From NCBI GenBank assembly GCA_951406725.2, contig OX597833.1, forward strand, positions 31,930,001 to 31,994,000: 64,000 bases of DNA, in the 5' to 3' direction. Below, one piece after another: positions 52,061 to 64,000 of this stretch. The notes below the pieces were generated by a model. It was not told the DNA's origin and searched no databases. It saw only the letters and a list, made by a program, of their open reading frames with translations. This DNA comes from Octopus vulgaris. Taxonomy: Eukaryota. The stretch's first letter is position 1. Each line of letters begins with the position of its first letter. The position numbers and the translations under genes were made by a program.

Positions 52061-52679
52061 CGCATACACACACAAAAATTATATACATTGCAGATATACG
52101 CAAATATCTTACTCTCTCTCTTTGTGTATGAATTTTGAAAACTTGGTATTGCTAAATATTTCATGTGTAAAACTTTTGATTCAACCTTTGCTGTTTGTAT
52201 GGAATATTCCAAATTAATTCCAACCAAAAGCAGATACATATGTAGCTACTGAGAATATGCAACATTTAACATAATTTATGCAGAATAGATTTTGTACCAG
52301 AAGTTAGCTTGTACAATTAAATAGATGACGTCATATTGATTTAGCTGTTCTGTGCAGCGTTTGCATTCCCACTGCTGATATCCATCTTAGATCGTCAGGA
52401 AAAGCACCGTCGTCATCTGGAATTATTCCCTATAATATGTTTGATGAAATCTAATGTACGGGATCGTCTAAAGATGTGCATCTAAGCTTAAGTCATTTTA
52501 CTTTGTCAACACAGCATATATTGTTGTGAGCCTTGTATCGAAATATAATAATGTGAGCATGGTTGATAAAGTCAACCTGGATTCAGTTCGCAACCCAGAG
52601 TTTATCTCATCCATTACAAGAAATATTAAAATCGTGGGAACTCCAATAAACTAAAGCTCTAGTTTCTAATAGCTGAATC

Positions 52680-53150
52680 TGTTAGAGTTTCTGCAGTAAA
52701 GAAGAGAGGTAGGAACTCTGTACAGTGCACAAAATTTAAACAACAGGTGCATAAGAGATGTGGTGCGATCACAAACATGTATATAACACGTACACAAAAG
52801 AATACCCATGAAATAAACTGACCCCAAATGCATGGAAAGTTCTCTAGGAATAGTTGACAGCTTTTATTACTTTTATGATCAAATTTGTAGAGGAGGTGGG
52901 TGTTTTGAATGTGTCGTAAGCAGAGTAAGAAGTTTGAACGTGTATCGAGAGCTATTACTCATGCTGGTAACGAAGAGTTTCTTTTGAAATGATGTATGAT
53001 ACTGACGTATCAAGTGCATTGGAACGAAATGAAGTAAGCATCTTCCGATGGCTGTGTAATATTAGTATGCATGAACGGTGGAGAATAAGTGAACTGAAAG
53101 AACTTGGTATACGAAGCGTCAGATACAGCGTGGAAAATGTAGGATGAGTT
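52680..53150 (+). mobile_element. Highly decayed RTE fragment
   Basis: GIVDSFYYFYDQICRGGGCFECVVSRVR and ERNEVSIFRWLCNIS align to the RTE peptides EIVDSFRYLGDQVSSGGGCAESV and ARNEASMLRWMCNVS. Confidence 0.7.
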
Positions 53151-53706
53151 TTGAAGGTGGATAAAGAAAAGAGGAAAATCGAAGAAAATAAGGGAAGAGT
53201 TGAAAGCTGATGTATGACTGTACATATGTATGGATGCATGCTTGCGTGCGCATAGGCACGCGTGCTATACACGTACCGTATTCTAAAGACTGCGCATTTT
53301 CTGCTGTCATTTGCAATTTGATTTATAATTTACAGTGGGAGTATGTCATCTGATTGGAATAACAGCGAATGGAAAAATACTGAGAATGTATTGATATTGG
53401 TTTTCTTTCCTCCTCCTTCTTTCCTCTCCCATCCTGCTGCCTTATGCTATCAGCACTGCCACTGTCCAAGGCCACTTATTAACAAAGAACTGGTAGCTAA
53501 CGTGGCGTACTTGTATTATTTATACAACATTGAATAGCTGAAATCATTTTAATGATTTATTTTGAACATTACTAATTAATACACTTTCGTGGAAAGAAAA
53601 GATAAATAGATGCTACTTAATCTCATTTTTATTCTTTTCTAAAATCTGATTTATTATTGTGCCTAATGAATAAATAACAGAAACGGCGACTGCTCACGAG
53701 ATACCG

Positions 53707-53752
<46 letters not shown>

Positions 53753-53807
53753 CACACACACACACACACAAACATGTTACACACTACACACACACATATA
53801 TACACAT

Positions 53808-53842
<35 letters not shown>

Positions 53843-55967
53843 ATATATATATATATATATACATAAACACACACATACATACATACATATATATATATAC
53901 ATACATATACATATATAAATGAAAAAATACACATTAAGAACAGGACATCACCAACCAGTGAAAAATACGTAAACGCACAACGAGAAGAACGGGACAAAAT
54001 TCCAAAAGAAGTCTAACCCCTCCTCAGCTGTCGACTGAGATATTACTTCCTGTTGCGTGCTTTTAACAAGCCAGGAAAACTTCATAAGGCAGCAACATCC
54101 AGAAAATTTTAAAATATAAAATTTGCGGAAGGTTAGGTCTTCGATCGAACAAACGACACCAGAGTGGTCATACGGAAGTAAATAATTGACGAAGACATAC
54201 ATTTAGGGCCGTTAGGCCAAGACGAATTGTAATGGGTAACGCTTGGAAGAAATTTTGAAAGGATATAAAATAAATAAATATATATATGGAAAAACAAAAC
54301 AATAGATTGAACAATTATAAATTCAATTCAATTTAAATATTTTACACAAACAAATGACACTTCATACATTATAACTGTTTCTGCTTCATTAATAAAACGA
54401 ATTTTTTCAAGAACAATCAGATCTGTTAAAATATATAATGATGCTTCATCAGATTAACATGCCTTCTTAACTATTTGACGAAAAATATCAAATAAAAAAT
54501 ATTCATAATTTCTAAATCTTTACAAAGACGCTATATGAACAAGCTCAATCATAAGTAAATAATCTAACTGAAATTTTGTAAATTCATAACTTTACAAAAT
54601 TTCAGCTTGCCCGTGAAATTAACGTGCAAGTAAATGGTTGAGCACTCCACAGACACGTGTACCCTTAACGTAGATCTCAGGGAGATTCAGCGTGAGTGTG
54701 TGACAAGGCTGGCCCTTTGAAATACAGGTACTACTCGTTTTTGCCAGAGCTGTATATATGTATGTATTAGTGTGTCTGTGTTTGTCCCCCCCTCCCACCA
54801 TCGTTTGACAACTGATGTTAGTACGTTTACGTCTCCGAAACTTAGCGGTTCGGCAAAAGAAACCGATAGAATAAATATTAGGCTTACAAAGAATTAAGTC
54901 CTGTGGTCGATTTGTTCGACTGAAGGCGGTACTCCAGCATGGCCACAGTCAAAACGACTGAAACAAGTATAAGAATAAAAGAACATATATATACAGGTGC
55001 GATCGAAGGGAGGATATAAGGTCAGAAGGGAATACAATTCCAGGAGAATAGGGCGTAATAACATTATTTAGAAAGGCGCACGTGCCCCTCAGGCTCCCCC
55101 TCCCCTGGGTCACACATATATAACAAATCAGGAATTTGGAAACCGTTTTGGTATTATTTATTCACCATTATCATTACATGTGTTTAATAGGAATTACAAA
55201 GTTTTACAGTAGTATTTTAAGGGTCCATGAATAAATTTTGCTCTTAGATGTATTTATTGCAAGAAACAGCTAGGTTTTCTTTCTTTGACCACTGAAACGT
55301 GTTCTCTCAGAGAATACTACCACAAACCTATAAAAATGAACGTGTGAAAAACAAAATAGGAATTTTGAAAGAAGCATCGATAAAACTAGATTTTACACAT
55401 AAAATAGCTATGGGGATTCACCAGAATAAAATAGTAATTAAAGAGTCCACAGGTAAAGATGGTTGAAAACTACTGACCCAGAGTCTTTAAAAGAGCCCGA
55501 CAGAACCGAGATTAAACCTGACTACGAAGTGTTAATGCCCTCTCCCATCTATCATGTTCAGGCCTTCAGGCACATGCTACTATCAGGCCAATTCACTTTG
55601 TGAAAATGTTCGTACTACGTAGTAAAAAAAATTTCCATCCTCATAACTGTCATTGCAGTGTTATTTTACTTGAGTCAGTTAACGCTAATGATATATTGCT
55701 AAGGTGACTGCCATAACAACTTTATTTTAATGTGTGGGTTGTCTGATTTTAGATACCGTACACAGTATTAGATGTATTTTCCTTCTGATGTCCTCTCCAA
55801 AAACCTTACGAAAGACATTATTTTGTAGTTAAATGTGTATACACAACATTACGTAAACACCGATTAACGGCAAACGTTACACAGATTAACTTGATATTTT
55901 TAACTCGACGCAAACATACTACGCTCGCGCGCACACGTCTATGTATGTATGTATGTATATACATCTA

Positions 55968-56830
55968 TATTGGGTCATCCCATAAATTCTTTTTTTCTTT
56001 TTTAAAAATTAAGATAAACAGAGTTCTTTTTTAATCTAAAATATACTCTCCTTCATTTTCTACAATGCTCTTCTAAAATTCACTTGTTCGTGACAAAAAA
56101 TACTCCTCCAGTACTGTTCTGACCTACACAATTCATATTTCTTCTACACAATTCATATTTCTTCCATCCAAATGATTTTTGAAGACTGCGGAAATAAATG
56201 ATAATCAGATGGGGTAATGTCTGGCGAATATGGTGTGTGGGGCATCGTTTCCCATTCAAGCTGCTCCAGCCTTTGGAATGTCATCTTCGCTGTATGTGGC
56301 TGAGCATTATCCTGATGGAAGGGCACCTTTCGTCTTGAAACCAATTAGATGACTTTTCCGATGGCACGCAGGTGTCGATGAATGGTTGAATGACCAAAAT
56401 CCAAGCTTCTCTGCTAGTTTCTCAACAGTTACGATGGGATTTTGTTCCACCAGGGTTTGCAGGACGTCCTCGTCGAGCTCTACAGATCTTCCAGGACGAG
56501 GCTCGTCTTCTAGGCTGTAGTTTGCGGCTCGGAATTTCTTGAACCACCGTTGACACTGGCTTACGCTTATTATCCGATCCTCATATATTGCATTAATATT
56601 CCTCGCACTTTCAGTTACGTTGTTGTCTTTATTGAACTCATAAAGCAAAATATGCCGAATATGATCCTTTGTCACTTCCATTATAGCTTTGAAAAATAAC
56701 TGTTAAAATCGAACTGCACTCTTTAAAACCTGCACTAAGAATATGGACAAGGTAAAATTACTACCTGCTTTTTAGCAAGTTGATGCAGGTAGTTAATCCC
56801 GTTCCTTCCGACTTTTAGTTCATGCAACCG
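55968..56830 (-). mobile_element. Internally deleted mariner transposon
   Basis: MEVTKDHIRHILLYEF..QRWFKKFR..LEDEPRPGR (HTH) and FHQDNAQPH..HTPYSPDITPSDYHLF (D,D34D region); terminal TATTGGGTCATCCCATAA at 55968. Confidence 0.85.
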
Positions 56831-57304
56831 AAATTTGAAATATAACGCTCTCCTAGGAAGCGTAAGACCATAAAGGTTTTCAACATACAGGATACTCCAT
56901 TACAATTTTTTAGCAAAATTTTTATCAAAACTAGAGAATAAAAGAATTACAATGCTTACTGCTATTATTGAAGCTGAATGAACTTAGGGAGAAAATACTT
57001 AAAGCCTACTATAATTTTGAGTGGCAGAAGAAAATAATGATGGGGGGGGAGGGTCAAGAAAGAGTAGTGGTGGTATAGCTACATTCATCTTTATCCTTCT
57101 CACAATCAAAAGATCCGATGCAGCAAGTATTCTACATCCCCTCAGAATTAGAGACCATTGAGAATTGACAGTTAAGTTCTTGCTGCTGGTGATAAATTAA
57201 TTAACGTCAGACTCTTCCCTCTCAGAAGATGCATGATAACCAGAAAGAGGAAGGGCAGAGTGACTTAAGCTATATTATGATTCTCAATTAACGCAACTAT
57301 ACTT

Positions 57305-57388
<84 letters not shown>

Positions 57389-57437
57389 CGGGAAGCTTTA
57401 TGAAAATAAACAAAAGACGAAGGCAGGTGGAATACAA

Positions 57438-57472
<35 letters not shown>

Positions 57473-57594
57473 CGCATCGTTGGGTCTTATATATATATAT
57501 AAACGGAAAGTTTACGAAAATAAACAAAAGACGAAGGCAGGTGGTGTACAAACAAACAAATGTATTAGTATAGCGCTCAGGAATAGAAAAAATT

Positions 57595-57632
57595 TCTTTT
57601 ACGTTTCGAGCCTACGCTCTTCTACAGAAAGA
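57595..57632 (-). ncRNA. Candidate minimal hammerhead ribozyme in a (TA)n-embedded short repeat
   Basis: Minus strand TCTTT-CTGTAGA-A-GAGC(GTAG)GCTC-GAAAC-GTA-AAAGA: stem I TCTTT/AAAGA, 4-bp stem II, loopless palindromic ACGT stem III; A6 replaced by T. Confidence 0.5.
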
Positions 57633-57696
57633 TACACAAAAAAACAAGGAGAAAAACAATGAGAAAAAAAATGTGTGTAGTAGCTAACGATCTATC

Positions 57697-57727
<31 letters not shown>

Positions 57728-57818
57728 TATATATACATATATATATATATACACACACATATATATATATATACATATATAAATATACATATATACATAT
57801 AAATATACATACATATAT

Positions 57819-57912
<94 letters not shown>

Positions 57913-58019
57913 CACCGGAGTAAACACATAAATGTGAAACAAGGTGGAAAAAAAGAGTACTCAAATACCAGTGGTAGAGTAATATGCTTTAAATAAAGTA
58001 TATATATATATATATATAT

Positions 58020-58137
58020 AACATTATTGGTGAATTGAAGAAATGGAGCTGAACGCAGATTGAACAGAAATCGTTTTATAAAACGATTTCTGTTCAATCT
58101 GCGTTCAGCTCCATTTCTTCAATTCACCAATAATGTT
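58020..58137. repeat. 118-bp perfect palindrome adjacent to (TA)n
   Basis: Symmetry about 58078/58079 (CGTTTTA|TAAAACG). Confidence 0.95.
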
Positions 58138-58308
58138 CTAATTTCAATTATCCGCACCAACGCACGGTTGCAACACCATATGGTTGTACCTCCAACCGTG
58201 CTGTTTTACTGCTGTGATTTTTGCTACTAAGGTATCGGTTAAACTTTTGATTAATCTACTACAAGATTATTCATCTTTCTATTTCACATAATATATATAT
58301 ATATATAT

Positions 58309-58675
58309 ACTCTTTTACTTGTTTCAGTCATTTGACTGCGGCCATGCTGGAGCACCGCCTTTAGTCGAGCAAATCGACCCCGGGACTTATTCTTTGTAAG
58401 CCCAGTACTTATTCTATCGGTCTCTTTTGCCGAACCGCTAAGTGACGGGGACGTAAACACACCAGCATCGGGGACAAACACAGACACACACACTTATATA
58501 TATATACATATATACGACAGGCTTCTTTCAGTTTCCGTCTACCAAATCCACTCACAAGGCATTGGTCAGCCCGGGGCTATAGCAGAAGACATTTGCCCAA
58601 GATGCAACGCAGTGGGACTGAACCCGGAACCACGTGGTTGATTAGCAAGCTACTTACCACACAGCCACTCCTGCG

Positions 58676-58678
<3 letters not shown>
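58309..58678 (-). mobile_element. Near full-length tRNA-derived SINE. Partial copies at about 6212-6295 (+), 10830-11010 (+), 23384-23540 (+), 25241-25435 and 25585-25780 (+), 47560-47838 (-), 54770-54983 (+), 62245-62590 (-).
   Basis: Head GGCGCAGGAGTGGCTGTGTGGTAAG (A box)...GGTTCAGTCCC (B box); shared body GCCTTGTGAGTGGATTTGGTAGACGGAAACTGAAAGAAGCC; tail GACTGAAACAAGTAAAAGA. Confidence 0.8.
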
Positions 58679-58745
<67 letters not shown>

Positions 58746-58757
58746 ATATTATATATA

Positions 58758-58874
<117 letters not shown>

Positions 58875-60886
58875 GGGTGGCGTCATTCGAAGGCTAAAAC
58901 AATGCGAACGCATTGTGACCAGCGATGTGTAGCAACATCTGATGGTCTGGTCGGTCATGTGATCATGTGTGTGATATATATATATATCAATTGACAATCT
59001 GATAATTTACTTATGTTACATAAGTAATTATAAAAACCACCATAAAAGGCCAACAAATTGTTTCGACATATTGCATTTTAATCTGCACATTCACGGGTAT
59101 TGAAATATAATAAAATGTAATATATATAATTTTAACGTCCACTTTCCATGCCTGGTTTAATGAGGACCGAGTTTAATGAGGTAGATTTTTTTATGGCTGG
59201 ATATCCTTCCTGCCGTCAACCTTTATTTGTTTGGTTCCATATTACGTAAAAAAGTTTCTGAGTCTGTATTCCACAGCTCGTAGCTTTGTCGAATTCTTTC
59301 TCTAAATCTTAAAACTTTTAAGCAATAAAAATATGACAGCATTAAATTACTTTATAATTTCTTACGGGAGATTACTACAGACTGAAAAACCTTACCAGTA
59401 AAGCATAGTCTAACTACGACTTATGAGATGTAGGTTTTTCTCTCTCGAATGAATACTCAATGATATAACTTAAATTCGCTGTAGAGGTCTAATAATAGTG
59501 GAACTTGTCAAGAATTTCCACTGTACTACAACAAAAAACCATGTGCACATGCCCTATAACATACTATATTTAATTAATTAAAATAACGCGGGGTGTTCTT
59601 CCTAGCTTCTTTTGACTGGGGTTGTAGTTTCCTTAACGACTGTTCTCATTACGATGGGAGTAATTTTAATTAATTATAATTCGTTGGCTTGCTACATTAA
59701 TTATGCTTGCCCCTACTTGGCAATTAAATTTTCAGGCAGCCTGCATCACTGGATAATTTTCCCCCACTCTCTCCCTCTGTGTAAGCGGGCGCTTGTATGT
59801 GCCATATAATAACAATTACCGCACATCTATTAGAATACGACATGTATAACAGTGACCATCATTTTATTCATTACCACCACCACCTCGTTGATAATAACGC
59901 AATTTGCATTACGAACATCACCCTCCCCTACCCAACACCATAGTAATATGAAAAGGACACTGGTAAACCATATTACATAATACTAGAACATTTGAAAGAC
60001 ATTTGGTTGATAGCAAAAAGCATTGCTTCTTTACTGTTAAGTCTTGAAAGGTCAGCGAAAACTGCGTTCATATCTTCTCTTCCATCATCAATGTCGTCGT
60101 CACCACCACCACCACCACTATCATCATCCGCATCATATGTTAGCTCTACGATGCGGTTTCAATTTTCAGTGAGTTAAATTACAATATCTGAAATCCGATC
60201 ACATATTTCACACCATAACATTGTATAACGGGCATGATCCGTAATAAAAGTTGGATCGAATCGGTTTGCATTATTTTTTTGTGTAGAATACAAACTGCTC
60301 AACTAAAAGAAGGAAAAAGGGCATTACTGCATCTATACCAAAGAATTGTTAACCCCAGGTCAGCAAAGATTTAACCAGATCTACAATGAAGGGTGTTCCA
60401 GCCGTGATCATCCTGTATAAAATTCAGATATAGCATGTCTAGGAGCACGAGTGATTTAAGGAAGATTTGGTTGATATTTCTGGTAGCTTGAGCGATAATA
60501 AAAAAATTATCTTGTTAGTTCGTCAGTCGATAAGTTATTATCACGTAATATGTTCAGAATTAACAGACGATTACAAAGGCCCACATCCACCCTGACTCAT
60601 GTTCATTTCGTAACTGAGTAACAAGTGCGACTTATTTAGTTTGGCATTAGTGCCTTGGATCTAAAACAAGATTTATGCTATTGAAAGCCAGGCAAAAGAA
60701 CATCTGTGAATTGCACAATGGCGCAGTAGCATTCTTACTCATTGTGTTACGTGTTGCAACGTTGTACTTGAACTGATATGATTTGGAATATTTAGTCAAC
60801 GTATCTAGCTTGCTTCACCGACACCTGATCGATAATAGCAGCTTATTGAGTACTTTTGTGACTGTAAAATGTATATGTATATACAA

Positions 60887-60942
<56 letters not shown>

Positions 60943-61180
60943 GCATTGCGTCGAACCAGGGGCAGCTGATGAAGGGGAATATTCCTTGTATTATTTGTCT
61001 TGTACTCTGTTTTTTCGTTGTTAAAAAAGTCCGTTTCCTTGTTTGTTTTTATGTTTTCGTTTCTCGTTGTTCTACGTTTATTTGTGGTGTCCTGTACTCA
61101 TATATATATATACATATAGATGTAGGTATGTACATATATGTATGTATGTATGTATGCATATGTTTTATTTATTAAATTGT

Positions 61181-61224
<44 letters not shown>

Positions 61225-63004
61225 GTGTGTATGTGTATTTCAGACAAATTACACAGAGTTTTTTCAGGGAAAAAACGCCCACCTTCTTCCAGCTGTTGTT
61301 GGTGGTAGTGTGTGTGTATTGAAAGGAGAGAAAGAGAGCGAAAATGGTCAGATATTGCTTGGTATTTCCTAAATATAACTGAAAAGCTTAAGACCATGGC
61401 ATTTCATAACAAAATCTTCTGTTACATCACATGCATGCACGCACACGCACACTTTAAATTTATCTAATTACTTGTCCGCAAAATCTTGCTCAAACACGCA
61501 TACATACACACACGTAGCATCAGAGAAAAGAAAATTAGTGGAGAGATAATGTTAGAGGTAGATATTTAATAAGAGTGATTGAAGGGAGGTCGAGATACAT
61601 TAAATTTGTTAAAATGTCGTTGGTAAGGTGAAGAGAAACACAAGTTAGGGAGAAATCAGTAACATTCAGAACAAACATTTTCTGGCCTAACCTTTAAATA
61701 TTATTTTAGTTTAACAGAAACGATCTCTTGTTTTGCTGCGGTGTATGATGTATGTGGTATTTAATTATCTTCCAAGATATCCTTGCATATATATAATGAC
61801 ACACCCGAGATATGCAAGCAGGATGAGCATGATATTATTACATTAGCTGTTGCCTCTCAATAAATGTAATCTTCATTAAGATTCTCAGTCTGATGATTAA
61901 CTACGTTGGGCAGGACTCATTACATAACAATTGCATCACGTGCTTCTGCTAGCTAAAAATGGAGCGTACATTTTCTGCGTTCAACTCAATTTAGATTTTT
62001 ATTCGCGTTTTCAGCAGATTGAGTTGCCAAGTGTGAGCTATGTAGAAACTCTGTTTATCGAATTTCTTCGCAACTTCGATATGGGGAAAAAGTGCGTAAT
62101 TCTCGATGTCAATAAATTGTTATTGTATTTTATTGTGTACTGTCCACTTTTTGTTCTCTCTACTAGCCACATACTGCTTGAAGCTTACAAACTTCGTACA
62201 TTCGGAAACCCGGATCGTTTTTATATAAACATATACTTCTTTTATCTTTTGTTTCAGTCATTAGGCTGCGGTCATGCTGGGGTACCGTCTTGAAAATGTT
62301 TGAAACGAATGAATCGACTCAATACTTTTGTTTAAGCCCAGTACTTATTCTATGGAACTCTTGACGAACCGCTAATTTATGGGGATATAAACACACCAAC
62401 ACCGGTTGTCAAGCGGTGGTGGGGACAAACACAAATACGACGTGCTGCTTGCTGGTTTCGTCTACCTAATCGACTCACAAGGCTTTTAGTCGGCTATAGG
62501 TTATATATAGCAGAAGACACTTGCTTAAGGTGCCAAGTAGAGGGACTGAACCCGGAACCTTGAGGTTGGGAAGCAAACTTCTTACCATACACACACACAC
62601 ATACAGTATTGGTTTCAAAATTTGGCACAAAGCCAGCAATTTCGGGGTGGGGTGGGGTAGTCGATTGCATTAACCTCAGCGCTCAATTGCATATATATAT
62701 ATATATATATATTAGAAGAAATGAGGTACTCAGAAATCTGGATGGTTTTATATATATACATACACACACATACATACACAACTCCATAGTTTGTGTATTT
62801 TATATATGCCTAAAACATTTTATCATAAAATTATCCATCTATCTATTGTATGTATATATGTGGGCAGGTAGGTAGGTAGGCAGGTAGGTTAAGTATGTAA
62901 ATACACAAGCCAGCTGCTATAGAGTGAGCGAGCTCTTTAAAGATCAACGTTGTGGGAAGTGTGAACAGCTGGGAAGAGATGGAAAATTTTCCCTTCACTA
63001 TCCG

Positions 63005-63384
<380 letters not shown>

Positions 63385-63572
63385 TATTATGTTATGTCCA
63401 TTTATGGCCAAATGGTTTAACTTTATGGCGTATCGTCAGATACCAAAAGCTAAAACCTTTACGGACAGGAAATCTAAGGTAATCCCATAAACCGGCCTTC
63501 CCCATTTTTAATATATTACTGCTCTACATCTTAGTGTGTGCATCATCTTTCGTATTTTTTTTTAGAAACGAC

Positions 63573-63619
<47 letters not shown>

Positions 63620-64000
63620 TGTACGTGTATGTGTGTGTATATATATGTGTAACAGATATACACATGTATAGGTAATACATACATGTAGACACGCATTACA
63701 TGCTATAACTGCGTTTTAACTGTGTAAATTAGGAGACGAGCGTCGGACTTGTCTTAAAGACAAACAGGCGGATCTAATAAATTATAACTCTTTCTGTCTA
63801 ATCAAGGCGGAGAAGCGGTATTTGCTCTGGCTTTTTAGCGTCCTGTGTTCAAGACACACTGAGGTCAACTTCGACCTTCATTCTTCAGATGTCCACAAAA
63901 TAACGTATTAAGTCTAGGACGGTGGATGGACGGAATTATAAGTGCGTTGAACAAAATACTTTGTCATATTTCCTCTGGCTCTTTATTTTCCGATTTTGGC

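Noticed and set aside
59975-60150. Minus-strand acidic/Gly-rich open stretch (DADDDSGGGGGDDD...) as candidate first exon
   Set aside because: Built on trinucleotide repeats, and I found no convincing ATG plus phase-0 donor.

Overview
AT-rich, microsatellite-dense animal genomic DNA. The repeat landscape suggests an octopus or related coleoid cephalopod, which is an inference. One host gene is present: a minus-strand SLC6 (neurotransmitter:sodium symporter) gene of the glycine-transporter type. I traced 13 coding exons by hand from 47167 down to the stop at 10350 (1977 nt, 658 aa plus stop). All introns are GT-AG and the phases join consistently. The ATG-bearing first exon was not found. The rest of the window is transposon debris (CR1-group, RTE, Tx1/L1, R4-like and Penelope-like retroelements, two mariners, a Helitron-like element, SINEs, MITEs) and (TA)n-type repeats, which produce nearly all long ORFs in the track. 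Two things stand out. (1) The transporter has Gly where SLC6 proteins normally have the TM7 Na1-site Asn. (2) A recurring class of short fold-back or palindromic insertions lies within (TA)n tracts. Several carry hammerhead-ribozyme-like cores, and they mirror the inverted terminal structure of the Penelope-like element in the last intron.
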